A DNA stretch of 64,000 nt from Azolla caroliniana (Eukaryota; Plantae; Polypodiophyta). Positions 12,218 through 26,100 of the stretch are shown here, piece by piece. Positions within the stretch are counted from its first letter, which is position 1, and every line of letters begins with the position of its first letter. The stretch covers positions 9,796,001 through 9,860,000 of the forward strand of contig JBHGNT010000017.1 of NCBI GenBank assembly GCA_043228905.1, read 5' to 3'. A model generated the notes under the pieces. That model was given only the letters and a program-made list of their open reading frames with translations. It made no database searches and was not told where the DNA came from. Position numbers and translations under genes: made by a program.

Positions 12218-14551
12218 CTATGTCTTTATCAACTCTCGAAACACAAGTAGGGCTATGCAATACATAGTTCTTGATAGAAGTAGGCATGTCAACATATGAA
12301 TAAACCTTTCAAGCGAGCAGACCTTTTGCACAAAGACCTTCAAAATTTTGGGACTTGTTGGAGTTGTGACCTTTTGAATTACTTTGATATTTGTTTCATC
12401 AACATGACTTCCTTCTTGGAACACCACATTCTCCACATTACCTTGTCTTTTTATAAGGTCTTTCTTTTTCACAATACCTAATCGTCGAAGCTTTTGGGCA
12501 ATTGGTATACTTTCCTTCAATTCGATGTGGTGCTTAATGGCTTCTACTCTTACACGTGAACAATAATCTATGAATAACTTTAGGAACTTAGAAAGATGAG
12601 AAATAAACTTTAGATCCTCTTCTCCTTGGGCATCGTTTGAAATCATCTTCTTTTTCCCCTTTAAGGTGATAACACCTTCAATGACTTCTCTTTTATCCTA
12701 AGACACCATGTGGAACAATTGTTTTTCCCAATCCCACAAAGATCCATCACTTGTTACGATTTCCTCTTCTTGCTTTCCTTTCTCGATAGATGTTTTCTTC
12801 TCCTTTATACATTTGATTAATAATTGTAGATACAAGTCATAGAAGTTGCTAAACCCCTTCGATGGTGATAAATTTATCATACTCCAATTCTTTATCACAT
12901 GTAATTCTTGCATCCAAGGTCTTACTAACACCAAGGAACAAGATGACCCTTTAAGGAGTATTACATGTAAATCCATGGAAATAGATATGCAAAAACACTC
13001 AAAATCCTCTATAACTCCAAAATGAGAGGCTAGACATTCATCAACTATGTCTACCTTGATAGAGGACTTTTGATATATAGGATTTCCAATCTTACTCACG
13101 ACAACATTATATGTAGGCTCAATTCTAATACCACTATCTACTAAGGCATCCTTAATTAAAAGACTGGTAATGGTTACCAAAATAGTGGGTCGAATATCCT
13201 TTCAATCATCTACTTGCACAATCTTTGCCCCATATAATGTCTTTATACTTTGTTGTACACTCGATGCATATCCCAACTCCTTTTTTAGAAATGGAGAAAA
13301 TTGAAGAAGTTGTGGCCAAGTGATGCAATGTCCACCAGAGATTAGCTTTTGCTTGAGATCAAACGGTTCCATACCTTTCCCCATCAACATATCATCAATT
13401 TTAATCTTTCTTTGTGGATACTTCTTTCTAGGCCCATCCTCCAAGTTAGTCTCCTTAGACTTCTTCTTTTGTTGAGAGTTACTAGCCTCTCCTTCCAACT
13501 CTTTATTTTTATGTGATGCAGTAGTTGTCTTATTGCATGCAACATCACAATCTTCAACTATATCATACACAAAATCAAGCAGATTTACCTTAGGGGGACT
13601 TGTTAGAATTTGCACTAAAGTACTTTCCTCTCCAACATGGTTGTTGAGTTGGTGAAAGTTGTTGCTAGTGTTGTTTTGATTACTTTGAAATTGATAAATG
13701 TCTTGACCCCAATCACCTTGTCGTCCTGAAGGACATTGTGTAGATATATGTCCCTCAACACCACATGTGTAGCACACAATCACTTTCCTTTGTCTTGGAA
13801 CATTGCGAGTTTGACTTACATTAAAATTTGCTTGCATGTTTTGGATTTGTGGAGAGATTTCATCGAGACGTTGATTTACTTATGCCAAGAAACCTCCTTC
13901 CACCTTAGGTTGAGTAACTTCTTGCATCACCGGAATATTAGGTTGATATGTCATAAAAATATTAGGGAATACTTTATCTCCATACACAATTGGTGATTGT
14001 TGAAGAATAGGAGATTGAAATGTTGCAACCGTTGAATCCACTCTCGCTTGTAGAACTTGGATTTGTCTATTATAGGCTTGACAAGTTTGGATAAGCACTT
14101 GGAAAGTTGTAGGATCCTTTAGATTTGCCTCCAATGAAAAGTGTGGACTTAATCCCGGTTTGAAGCGGCCCATCTTAAACCATTCATCCTTCGTTCCACC
14201 ATGTAGTCGAATCCATGTAGTCCAGATGTCAATAAATTCCCTCTCATAATCGATATACTCCATTGTTGATGACATTCATAAACGAAAGAGTTCCTCTCGC
14301 ACTTCAACCACATTTCGGCATCGAATATACTTAGCTTTAAATTATTTTACCAATAGTTGGTAGTCCAATTGTTGGTTTAGTGGCAAGGATTTATACCAAT
14401 CCCTTGCTCGTCCATAAAAAGTGGCCACCAATAGAGGAAGTTTCTCAAAATCCTTCATCTTCCCTATTGATATTGCATGATGTTCGAAGGCGGCCAAGAA
14501 TGCTCTTGCATCTTGAACCCCATCACCTGCAAAAGCAAATTGAAAAGCCAT
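12218..14551 (-). pseudogene. gag: Element D gag (retrotransposon capsid, CCHC knuckle CYTCGVEGHISTQC), aspartic protease (LVDSG) and RT remnants
   Basis: ORF fragments 14342..14551, 13880..14275, 13202..13837, 12698..13180, 12218..12646. Confidence 0.8.
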
Positions 14552-14619
14552 ATTGGCTACAAACAGAACATGCCTTCCCTCTGATATGGAACGAATCGAC
14601 CCTCCCTAGAGCACCAAAA

Positions 14620-15004
14620 TAATGAGGAGAGAGAGAAAAATGATAGAGAAGAGAAGAGGAAGAGAAAAGAATACTTGAATATATTATTAAGAAAATAATA
14701 CAATCTTCTTATACTCCAAGAGTAACAACCCCAAATAACTACTTCAATATACTATTACTAAAATAGTCTTTCCGTCTTCTCTCTTTCTTTTACTAATCGT
14801 CTTCTCACTTCTTCTTCTTCCTCACTTCTTTTTCCACACTTTTTCTTGTAGATATTCTATTCCTCCTTGTAGATATTCTACTCTTCCTCCTTCCTTAGAT
14901 ATTCTACTCTTCCCTCTCCCCAATTGCGAAGAATATCCTCATACTTATAGTTTTTAGTTGCGTTATTCTTGTTTTTTCTTTTCTTTTCTTTTACATATCC
15001 TCGA
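14620..15004 (-). repeat. 5' LTR of D, first part (split by E)
   Basis: Matches 11233-11594. Confidence 0.9.
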
Positions 15005-15436
15005 TGTAAAGAATTTAACTCTAGTAGAGTTGAGTATTTCGAAGCGTAGTGTGTTTGTGTGAGAGTGGGTGAATAAGCAAGAGAAGAAATCAGAGAGAAT
15101 AACCAGGAAATAATAAGAAAATACACAGTAGGGGGATGACAACTTATGCACTGAAGAGAGCTATATTAATTAACTAAAGATCATCAACAAAACAGAATGG
15201 GCAAAGGGGGTTTTATATATAAGTCCTCAAGGGACTGGCCTATTAAATGTGTTGATGGAATCTAACCAAGATATCCACTTCAGTATGATTTTGTCATAAG
15301 AATATCTAATATTCTTTGACCACACTAACACTCAACAACTACACGGATTACGATAAAGTGTGCTCACACACTTTTTCACACATTGTCCTTTTCTTCATAA
15401 GCACATGTTCACACAAGTTGAACTTGATTCTCAACA
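15005..15436 (-). repeat. 3' LTR of element E
   Basis: Matches 52030-52461; adjacent PPT. Confidence 0.95.
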
Positions 15437-15709
15437 CGCCCCCTCAAGGTCAATTGTGTGTCCTCTTAAGCTTGGTTGTCTTGGTGTAGATGAAGACCCA
15501 ATCGTAGTTGGTCAGTCTACTAGACCGTGGTTTTCCCATTGTTCCTATGTACTCGATCTTGATCTAACAATGTTGATCTTGTTGATCCAAAATTTCGACC
15601 TTGTCAAGGGTGCCTACAGGGTTGGGTTTATCTCTAACTTCAAAAAATTCCGGGCTTTGGAAAGTCTTCCTCTAACTTGCCGAGTCAAGTCGGGTTAGAT
15701 GTGCCGGTC

Positions 15710-16234
15710 TTACTTTGCCGATGCCGGTCTCACTCTTCCTCTTGTATGGTGTTGATTCTCCATGTTTTCCTTCGTCTTTTTACTTGTACTCTCCCCCAAG
15801 CTCATCATATCGAGTGGTCTAAGGCCTAAATCCACTGAGAATTGCCGTAGCTTGTCGAGACCTAGCGCCTTAGTGAAAATATCAGCCACTTGCATGTTGG
15901 TGCCAACGTATTGGAGGTCAATGTCGTCGGCCAATATACGCTCACGAATGTAATGATAGTGCACCTCTATGTGCTTAGTGCGGGCGTGAAACACCGAATT
16001 CTTTGTGAGCTGGATGTTGTTGAGATTATTGCAGTGGATCAGTATTGGCTTGTTCACCAATTCGTTGAAGTCTTTCAGCAGTCTTTTAAGCCATACAACT
16101 ACAGCCCTATACTCCGCCTCAGTGCTCGATAGAGCGACTGTTGGTTGTTTCTTGGTGCTCCAAGAGACTGCTCCACTACTGAGTTAAAACATAAATCCCG
16201 AAGTGGATTGCCTATCAGATGCATTGCCTGCCCA
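15710..16234 (-). pseudogene. pol: RNase H part of E pol
   Basis: HARTKHIEVHYH and ADIFTKALG motifs. Confidence 0.9.
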
Positions 16235-16239
16235 ATCAG

Positions 16240-16679
16240 TGTTGAGCGACAAGCTCAACCGGATCCGGATCGGCTGAATAAGCCTGTGCCAGATCGACAT
16301 CCGGAAGGATGAGCCGGTTCGGTGACCCAGTGAGCAAATGAGCCGGTGAGCTGGGGAGCTGGTTAGCCGGATCCATCAGTAACCGGAAGCCTAGTAGCAG
16401 CTAGACTACTAAGGAGTTAATAGTCTCGTAGTCAGTGCCAGACGCTTGAGTGAGCATTGAAGTATGCGATACTTCTGTCAGTCCTCTCAGGAGTTGTATA
16501 AATAGTGTTGTTGAGCACAATTCATTAGAGAGAACTATTATTGTTTTGTAGTAGATTTAAACGTTCTGCTCTCTTTGTCTCTCCCGAGTACTCTCTGTAT
16601 TCTGTGTACTATTCTCTTTCTCTCTTTGCTGCTACGTAGCCAAGCTGTTGTCTTACGCTTCTGCACATACGCTTTTTCA
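16240..16679 (+). repeat. 5' LTR of F
   Basis: TGTTGAG...TTTTCA followed by PBS. Confidence 0.95.
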
Positions 16680-16781
16680 TGGTATCAGAGCGCGAGGTTT
16701 GAAAACCTTCGCAGTCGACATTTGCTTTCGCAAGACAAACCCTACAGGTTGTGAGAACAGAACAATAGACAGAGAAAAAAT

Positions 16782-19700
16782 ATGGACAGAGGTATGGCAA
16801 GTTCACTTCCTACAAAGAAACTCGACCAGAGCAACTGCGCGTCCTGGTCATACAAAATGCACCAGTACTTACTGGGGCATGGGTATTGGAGCTTCGTGGA
16901 AGGAACGAATGAGGTAGCACCAGAGCGTGGACACAAGGACTTCCCAGTATGGGAGCAAGGAGCAAGTCGAGTATTATACTGCCTCGCGTCCTGTGTGCAT
17001 GACCACATGCTCAGCTACATCAGGGATGCAAAGACGTCGAAAGAGGCCTAGGAAAATCTGCGTAAGATTTTCGCCACAAGTACCACAGCCCGTAAGTTGT
17101 AGCTCCGACAAGAGCTAAACAACATCCGACAAAGAGATATGTCGGTTATGGACTACACCACCAAAATAAAGGAGATTTGCGACGCTCTTGGGTCCATCAA
17201 CGTGACGGTGGACGAAGACGAAATGGTACAAATCTTCCTTGGTGGTCTAGAGCAAAGGTACGGGCCAATCCGAACAATGATCTCCACCTAGAAGAAACCA
17301 TCGACCTTATTCGACTTGCAATCGATACTGATGGTCGAAGAAAACCACACGAGTGGGTCTAGGACCACTCAATCGGATAGTCGGATGTTGTACACGGAGG
17401 CGGATAGGACCCGTGGGTGTGGGGGATGAGGTATATTGATTCCGGTGCGTCGAATCACATGACAAGCCACAAAGAGTGGTTCTCTTTTGTGGAGAAACCG
17501 GAACAACCAGGAGTTGTCGAAAACGGAGATGACACTCCTGACCCAATCGTGCATGTCGGAGAAGTCCCTTTGAGCAACATCGGACACAGGGGGAAGCTGA
17601 TGAACGTATTACACGTTTCGACCATCACGAAAAACCTGGTGTCGGTTGGACAGATTGTCGACTACGGGAAGTAGGTGCGGTTTACGCACCTCGGGTGCTT
17701 CATCGAGGAAGAGGGCCAAGTCATTGCGCAAGGGCGTAGAGACGGGAGGATGTTCATCCTCGACACCAATGACGTCGGCACCGCTTTGTTCGCCAAAGGA
17801 CAGAAGGTCGAATCGGACATCGACCTGTGGCACAAGAGAATCGGCCACATCAATTACCGGAGGCTTCAAGACCTGCAAACGAAACAAGTTGTTTTCGGTT
17901 TGCCGAAGTTCAGAGGCCGAAAGGCCCAAATATGTGAAGCTTGCCAACTCGGGAAGGAACACCGACTTCCATTCCCCACCGAACAAAACCATAGTCATAA
18001 CAAGCTCGACCTTATTCATTCGGATGTATGGGGACCGACACAGAATGTGAGTCTTGGCGGGAGTCGATATTTCACCTCTTTCATCGACGACTACAGCCGG
18101 CACACATGGATCTACCTCATTGAGCGGAAGAGTGAAATATTCGAGTGTTTCCGAAACTTGCAAAGCTTGGTTGAACGGGAAACGGAGAGGAAAATCAAGT
18201 GCCTGCGGTCAGATGGCGGAAAAGAATATTTTTCCGGCCAATTCAACAGTTATCTGCAGCAAATAGGAATTCGGCGTGAGTTCAGCTGCAGATACACACC
18301 GGAACAGAACGGTGTAGCCGAGAGGAAGAACCGGTCGATTATCGACGCAGCAAGGGAAATGTTGGAGGAGAAGAGCATGCCCCATTTCTACTGGGCGGAG
18401 GAGGTCCGGATGGCTGTCTATATCCAAACTGGATCGGCGACTAGGTGTCAATGCATGAGCTATATTTCGAGCGTAAGCCTAATTTGCGACACCTTTGGGT
18501 ATTCAGTAGCATTGCATATGTGCATGTGCCGGATGAGAAGTGGAGGAAGTTGGATGCAAAGTCGGAGAAATGCATCCTAGTCGGTTACTCGCATGAGTAG
18601 AAGGGGTATAAATGTTATAACCCCCGGACGAAGCAGGTCCAAGTTAGCCGAGATGTTGAGTTTGATGAGACAGCATCATGGTATGCCTTACCGGCTTCGA
18701 CTTCCGACCCCGACCCGATACCGGAGGATGAGGCTAATGAGCCTGAACCGGTCCAGTTAGAAGATGAAGAACTCGACACTCTAGAAGAGAGTCCAATCTC
18801 ATTTCGGTTAAGTGGACTGAATGAGCAGCTGAGTTGGGATGACCAGTCGGATGAGGAACCGGCGAGTAGTGGAGACTCTATCGTGCTTTCCCCGCACAAG
18901 GAACCGAGGAGATGGTTCACTTGCAAAGAGAAGGGGAAGAAGAAGATGCCGGAATATGAAACCGGCAACATTGAGTCGGATCGAAGCGAATCCGACTCTG
19001 GAAAGGATGAAGGCGGATCTTCGGCAACAAAGATCGCACCGGCCAAGAAGTGCCCCAAACCGGGTAACGATAAGTTATGCCGGTCTTCCCATCAGAAGAA
19101 CCCCATAAAGCGGTACGGGTACAATGAATACACGGCACATCACTATGCGTACATGACCAAGGTGGCGGAAGTGCGTGAGCCGGAGAGCTACGTAGAAGTG
19201 GCAAAGGACGCAAATTGGCGTGCAGCTATGGAGGAAGAAATGTGGGCACTTGATGCTAACGACACATGGGACCTAGTTGATCCTCCCCGACACTGCAAAC
19301 CGATCGGATGTAAGTGGGTGTACAAAGTAAAGTACAATGCCGACGGATCGGTTAACCAGTACAAGGCCTGGTTAGTGGCAAAGGGATACGCGTAGACCCA
19401 CGGAATCGACTACGACGAAACCTTCCCTCCTGTAGCGAAGATGACGACGGTTCGTGTGGTGCTAGCAGTTTTTGCGGCAAGGGAGTAGCATCTTCACCAA
19501 ATGGACGTGAAGAATGCATTTCTTCAAGGTGATCTTGAAGAAGAGGTCTTTATGACCCAACCTCCCGATTTCCAGACGGAGATGAACAAGTCAACGGTAT
19601 GCCGGTTGAAGAAGTCACTTTATGGTCTGAGGCAAGCCCCCCGAGCTTGGAATGCGAAGATCACACACCGGTTGCGTAAGATGGGGTTTGCAGCCTCCAA

Positions 19701-21254
19701 GTCTGACTCTTCGTTGTTCATCCGGCAAGGTCCGGACGGTCTGGTATGCATCTTGTTGTATGTTGATGATCTAGTCACCACCGGACCCGGCCTCAATGAA
19801 ATCAGTCGAGTCAAGTCCCAGCTGTCGGACGCATTTGAGATGAAGGACTTGGGGGACCTTCACTACTTCCTTGGGATCGAGGTGATCCGAACTCCTGACA
19901 GCATATTGCTCTCACAGAGACACTATGTGTTGAATATGTTGTACAAGTTCGGCATGAAGGAATGCCGACCTATCTCTTCACCCTTGGACTGGAACCAGAA
20001 GCTCTGTCCCGACTCCGGATTGGCATGTGATGAGAAACGGTTCCGACAAATCGTCGAAAGCCTTATATATTTGATAATCACCTGACCCGACATCAGTTAT
20101 CCGGTCAGCGTGATCAGCCAATATATGCAGAAGCTGACCGTGGAGCACCTTCTATGCGTGCATTGAATTTTTTGCGATATGTGAGCGGCACGAAGGAACG
20201 GGGATTGTTATACGGACATGGTATAACCGAAGAGCTAGTCGGCTACACTGATGCCGGCTGGGCTGGTGATGCATCGGATCGCCGATCCACCTCTGGCTAT
20301 ATGTTTTCCCTTGGTAGCGCGGCTATTGCATGGAGCAACAAAAAGCAGCCAACAGTGGCCCTTTCGAGCACTGACGTTGAATACTGGGGCGCTACCGTTG
20401 CCACCTGTGAAGGCATTTGGCTTCGGCGATTGATGAGAGACCTGCGGATCGAGGTGCCGACCCTGATTCTGATCTACTACGACAACATAAGCAGCATGCA
20501 GCTTGCCAAGAACCCCATCTTCCATGCTCGCACAAAGCACATAGAAGTGCACTACCACTTCGTGCATGAGCGTGTCCTGAGCGGTGAAGTGGAACTTCGG
20601 TATGTTCATACAGATCGGCAAGTTGCCGACGTCTTCACCAAACCGCTCGGATCGGACAATTTGAAGCACTTCACCAAAATGCTTGGTGTTCAGCATCTCG
20701 ACGTGCCACACTTGAGGGGGAGAATGGGCAAAGACACTGGAACGGGCAAAGGCAAAGAGATTGTCGATTGCACTGGTGAGGGTAGAACGGACAGAGGGAG
20801 AGACCGGAAGAAGAAGGCCAAGACCCAGACATGGTCCGATGTGGTGAAGGGTCTGCAACCGGAAGACGAATCAAGAGTGAACGATTCGGACAAGAGCTGG
20901 AATGAATCGGAGACATTCGATTCGGTTCTATAGACGGATTCGGAAGAACCGGATCAATTCAAAGCCAAGAGGACGAGAAGGCAGCAAAAGTCGACGCCAA
21001 TACGAAAGAATTGGCGAATCAGCAAGAGCCAAAGTCACAGTAGCGAGGGAGCTGAATTGGGCCTGTTGAGCAGACAAACCGACCAAGGAAGTTGTGGTGC
21101 ACAGGAACAGAAGGGTCGTGGCAAACGGGACTTGACCGGACGAGGAGCACGAGCGAGGCGAAGTGACGCCAGAAGGAGCCAGGTGGAAGGACCGGCTGCC
21201 ATGGAGACTAATACTACGATCCGACCTCAAGTTGAGCTTGAGGGGGAGTGTTGA
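16782..21254 (+). pseudogene. gag-pol: Disrupted gag-pol of F (zinc-knuckle region deleted near 17425; several nonsense codons) with C-terminal extension
   Basis: ORF fragments 16782..17051, 17417..17674, 17675..18580, 18883..19395, 19501..20085, 20154..20933, 21057..21254. Confidence 0.9.
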
Positions 21255-21640
21255 GCAGCAAGCTCAACCGGATCCGGATCGGTTGAATAAGCCTGAGACG
21301 GATCGGTGACCCGGTGAGCAAGTGAGTCGGTGAGCTAGGGAGCCGGTTAGCCGGATCCATCAATAACTAGAAGCCTAGTAGCAGCTAGACTACTAGGGAG
21401 TTAATAGTCTCGTAGTCAATGCCAGACGCTCGAGTGAGCATTGAAGTACGCGGTACTTCTGTCAGTCCTCTCGAGACTTGTATAAATAGTGTTGTTGAGC
21501 ACATTTCATGTACAAAGAACTATTATTGTTTTGTAGTAGATTTAAACGTTTTGCTCTCTCTGTCTCTCCGGAGTACTCTCTGTATTCTGTGTACTATTCT
21601 CTTAGCTGTTGTCTTACGCTTCTGCACATACGCTTTTTCA
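21249..21640 (+). repeat. 3' LTR of F
   Basis: Matches 16240-16679 with two deletions. Confidence 0.95.
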
Positions 21641-21645
21641 ATCAG

Positions 21646-22709
21646 CATCCGTGAAGCCTTCGAGTTGAAGTGGTGCTCCACGCTTATAGAAGATACCATA
21701 ATTAACTGTTCCACTAATATAACGTAACACTCGCTTAGCACAATCCATGTGAGTGTCACAAGGGGGTTTCCATGAACTGGCTAAGAACCCCGACCGGATA
21801 GCTGAGGTTTGGTCGGGTGATAGTTAGGTAGATAAGACTCCCAATTATTTGGCGATACGGTGTCAGCTCGTAAAATTTTCCAGAATTTGCAGTTAGCTTC
21901 ATATTTCGATCAAGGGGTGTTGAGATGGACTTACACTCGGTCATTCCGAACTTGTAGAGCAAGTTCAACACATAGTGTCGTTGTGAGAGTAGGAACCCTT
22001 CTAGAGTTTGAATGACCTTGATGCCGAGAAAATAATGTAAGTCATTCAGATCCTTCATCTCGAACTTTTGTAAAAGCAGCTTTTGGGATTGTTCTGAACA
22101 TACAACGAGTTATCAGATTTTGACATCCGGAAGCCAATGTCGTGAAGATATGATGTGATCTTTGAATGCCATGCTCTTGGGGATTGCTTTAGTCCATAGA
22201 GCGACTTCTTCAATCGGCAAACTGCATGTGGATGTTTGTTTGATTCGAAGCCAGGTGGTTGCATCATGTAAACTTCCTCCTCGAGCTCACCTTGGAGAAA
22301 TGCGTTCTTCACATCCATTTGATGCAAGTGCCATCCTTTCACTGCTGTGAGAGCAATTATTGTCCTCACAGTGGTCATTTTTGCCACCGGCGCAAATGTC
22401 TCCTCATAGTCTATGCCGTGGGTTTGAGCATACCCTTTGGTGACTAGCCGAGCCTTAAACCGATTGATTGTGCCATCCATATTATGCTTTATCTTGAACA
22501 CCCAACGGTAACCAATTGACTTTTTCTTGATTTCAGAGGATGGGACTAAATCCCAAGTATTGTTGTCAAACAACGCATGCATCTGCTCCCTCATTGCCTC
22601 GATCCACCGGGGATCTTGGGCAGCTTCTTTGTAAGTCTCAGGTTCTTGGTCTGCTGCGACCTTCATCTTGAATGCATAGTGGTGGGCCATGTACTCGTTG
22701 TACCCAAAC
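21646..22709 (-). pseudogene. pol: RT part of E pol; YVDD region deleted near 22080
   Basis: ORFs 22055..22690 and 21756..22058. Confidence 0.9.
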
Positions 22710-22714
22710 CTAAC

Positions 22715-23100
22715 TGTTGAGAGACAAGCTCAACATCGGTCGGATCGGATGAAGAAGCCAAGGACCGGATCGGTTGGGACCGATCGGTTAGGCCGAGTGC
22801 ATAAACCGAGAGGTCGTTAGGAAAGATATTTCGTGAGGAATATATTTGGGAGTTAGTGTAGGGGCTCTTGATGAGGATTGAAGTACTGTCAGTACTTCGG
22901 TCAGTCCTTCTAGGGCTTGTATAAAAGTGTTCACTGAGCACGTCTTATGTATCGAGATTGAGTATTATTGTTGAATATAGTTTTTTGTGTTTCTCTCTGT
23001 CTCTCCTGCGTATACCGTGTAAGCTCAAGCTCTCCATTAAACCTGTTTTTCTTTCCTTCTGTTCGGACTTCATACTTGCTTCCGCACGCTACTTTCTACA
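22715..23100 (+). repeat. 5' LTR of G
   Basis: TGTTGAG...TTCTACA. Confidence 0.95.
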
Positions 23101-23172
23101 TGGTATGAGAGCGCGAGGGTTGAGAACCTCTCTGCAGCCGACACAGCTTGACGAAGAAGAACAAGAAGAACG

Positions 23173-26100
23173 ATGGATAGAGGCATGGTGAGCTCGCTTC
23201 CAACAGAGAAGCTCGACAGAACCAACTACGCGTCTTGGTCCTACAAGATGCACCAGTACCTGCTCGGGCACGGCTACTGGAGTTATGTCGAAGGAGCTAA
23301 TGACGCGGCACCCGAATCGACACACAGAGACTTCCCGTCGTGGGAGCAATCGGCGAGCAGGGTATTGTACTGCTTCGCATCGTGTGTGGGCGAACAACTA
23401 TTGAGCTATGTTCGGGATGCAAAGATGCCGAAGGGTGCATGGGAAAATCTGAAGAAGATTTTCGCCGCGAGCACCACAGCCAGGAAGCTTCAGCTCCGAC
23501 AGGAGTTGAGCAACCTACGACAACGCGACTTGTCGGTGGCGGAGTATACCTCGAAGATCAAGGATATCTGCGACTCCCTCGCCTCCATAGAGGTGAACAT
23601 CGAGGAGAGCGAGATGGTCCAGATCTGTCTCGGAGGTTTGGCGTCAAAGTTCGGAGCGTTCCGAACGGCTGTGTGTACCCGGGGAATACGCCGTCCTTTT
23701 TCGACTTACAGTCGATGCTCCTTGTAGAGGAGAACCACGCGGGTGCGTCTACAAGCACGCACACCGACAACAGAATGCTGTACACAGAGGGAGATAGGCC
23801 CCGTGGACGTGGAGGACGAGGCGAGTCGGCACGCAATGGAGGCGGCCGACGAGATGAAGAAAGAAGGCACCGAAGTGATGCCGACAGCAACTCCGGACCC
23901 TCCGGAAACAGGGGGAGTCAAAGCGATGACAACCGGCAAGGGAAGTCCATCGAGGAGTGCTGGTACTGTGGCAAGAAAGGCCACAAGGAAAGTGAGTGCT
24001 GGAAGAAGCGCGCCGATTCGGAGAGAACTGGTTCCGGGAACGGCTCCAGACATACTGACTAGGGAAATCGGCAGTGATCGCACTATGCCGAAGACTCGGG
24101 GAGAGCCGGAGAAGGGACTACCTTCGTGACGAGACATGAAGCAAACTCAATGAAGCAGACCACCCCGAGATCGGACGAGGTGTGGTACGTAGACTCCGGC
24201 GCGTCAAACCACATGACGAGCCATAAGGAGTGGTTCTCGTACCTTGAAAAACCGATACAACCTGGAGTAGTCGCAACAGGAGACGACACTCCGCATCCGA
24301 TCGCGAATGTCGGAGAAATTCCCCTTAGCCATGTCGGGCAGAAAGGGAAACTCATGAACGTGCTGCACGTTCCGACGATCACGAAAAACTTGGTCTCGGT
24401 CAGATAGATCACCAACCAAGGGATGGAGGTTCGGTTTACAGACCTCGGGTGCTTTATTGAGGAAGAAGGCCGTGTGATTGCGCAAGGGCGCAGAGACAGG
24501 AGGATGTTCATCCTCGACTCCACTGATGGAGGCACCGCAATGTTCACGAAGGGACAAAAGACCGAGTCAGACATCGACTTGTGGCACAAGCGGATAGGCC
24601 ACGTCAACTACCAGCAGCTTCAAGATCTGCAATCGAAACAGGTAGTGTTCGGATTGCCCAAATTTAGTGGCCGAAAGGCACAAATTTGTGAAGCCTGCCA
24701 ACTCGGGAAGCAACACCGACTTCCTTTCCCCAACGAGCTCGACCTTATACACTCCGATGTATGGGGGCCGGCACAAAACGTTAGTCTTGGCGGGAGCCGA
24801 TATTTCGTCTCCTTCATCGACGACCACACACGGCACACGTGGATCTACCTCATTGAGAGGAAGAGCGAAGTCTTCGACTGTTTCCGGGACCTCAAAGGGT
24901 TCGTGGAAGCCGAAACGGGATGAAAGATCAAGTGCCTGCGGTCGGATGGTGGAAAAGAGTACTTTTCCGGTCAATTCAACGGTTATCTACAACAAATGGG
25001 AATTCGGCGCGAATTCAGTTGTAGATACACGCCGGAGTAGAACAGTGTGGCCGAGAGAAAGAATCGGTCGATTGTGGAAGCGGCACGGGCAATGCTGGAG
25101 GAGAAGAGCTTGCCCAAGTTCTACTGGGCTGAGGCGGTAAGGACCGCGGCATACATCCAGAACTGGATCGGAGACAAAGTGTCGGCGCATGAGCTATATT
25201 TTAGAACGAAGCCGAACTTGCGACACTTGAGGGTGTTTGGTAGCACTGCGTATGTGCATGTACCGAGGGAGAAAAGGAGGAAGCTAGACGCAAAGGCCGA
25301 GAAGTGCATGTTGGTCGGTTACTCGGACGAGCAGAAGGGTTATAAGTGCTTTAACCCTCGCACCAAACAAGCGTGTGTCAGCCGCGACGTTGTGTTTGAC
25401 GAGTCCGCGTCCTGGTACCTGCCCCCGACTCGGAACCCCGACTCCAATATGAGCTCTGACGATGAGGTCAGCGAGGCCGAGATGCCTCCGGATGAGCCCG
25501 AAATCGAGACCCACGAAGAGTGTCCGAATTCACTCCGGTTAAGTGGACTGATTGGACAACTGAGTCGGTACGACCAGTCCGATGAGAAGCCGGCGAGTAG
25601 TCGAGACTTGGTCGTGCATTCCCCGCGCAGGAAGCCGAGGAGACGGCTTACGCGCAATGAGAAAGGGAAGAAGAAGGTGTCAGATTCCGGCACGGATAGG
25701 AACGAGTCAGACCGACGCGAGTCCAACTCCGAGGGAACCGGTGACGGATCTTTAAATATGAAGACCGCGTCGACCGAGAAGGCCTCGACATCGGCTAATG
25801 TAAGATTACGCCGATCTACCCGCCAGAAGAATCCTGTTTTGCGTTTCGGATACAACGAGTACATGGTGCATCATTATGCGTACATGACCCGTGTAGAGGA
25901 AGTGCGTGAGCCGGAGAGCTACGCAGAAGCGGCTAAAGACGCGAATTGGCGTGCCGCGATGGAGGAAGAGATGCATGCATTGGCGGAGAATGAGACCTGG
26001 GACCTGGTTGACGCACCAAAAAGGGGTAAAACCGATCGGGTGTAGGTGGGTGTACAAGGTCAAGTACAACACCGATGGCTCGGTCAACCGGTACAAGGCT

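Larger units (their letters stand above)
16240..21640 (+). mobile_element. Element F: Ty1/copia retrotransposon with both LTRs, inserted in E's RNase H
   Basis: LTRs 16240-16679 and 21249-21640; TSD ATCAG (16235-16239, 21641-21645); PBS 16680-16691; PPT 21240-21248. Confidence 0.97.

Noticed and set aside
15431-15712. Coding tail in element E equivalent to A/F/G
   Set aside because: In phase with the LTR stop (IDLEGAC*) but contains several stops; phase alone has a one-in-three chance, so it was not counted as support.
23670-23730. Programmed gag/pol frameshift in G
   Set aside because: Element B reads through the homologous site in frame (CTRENTSSF), so this is a private indel.
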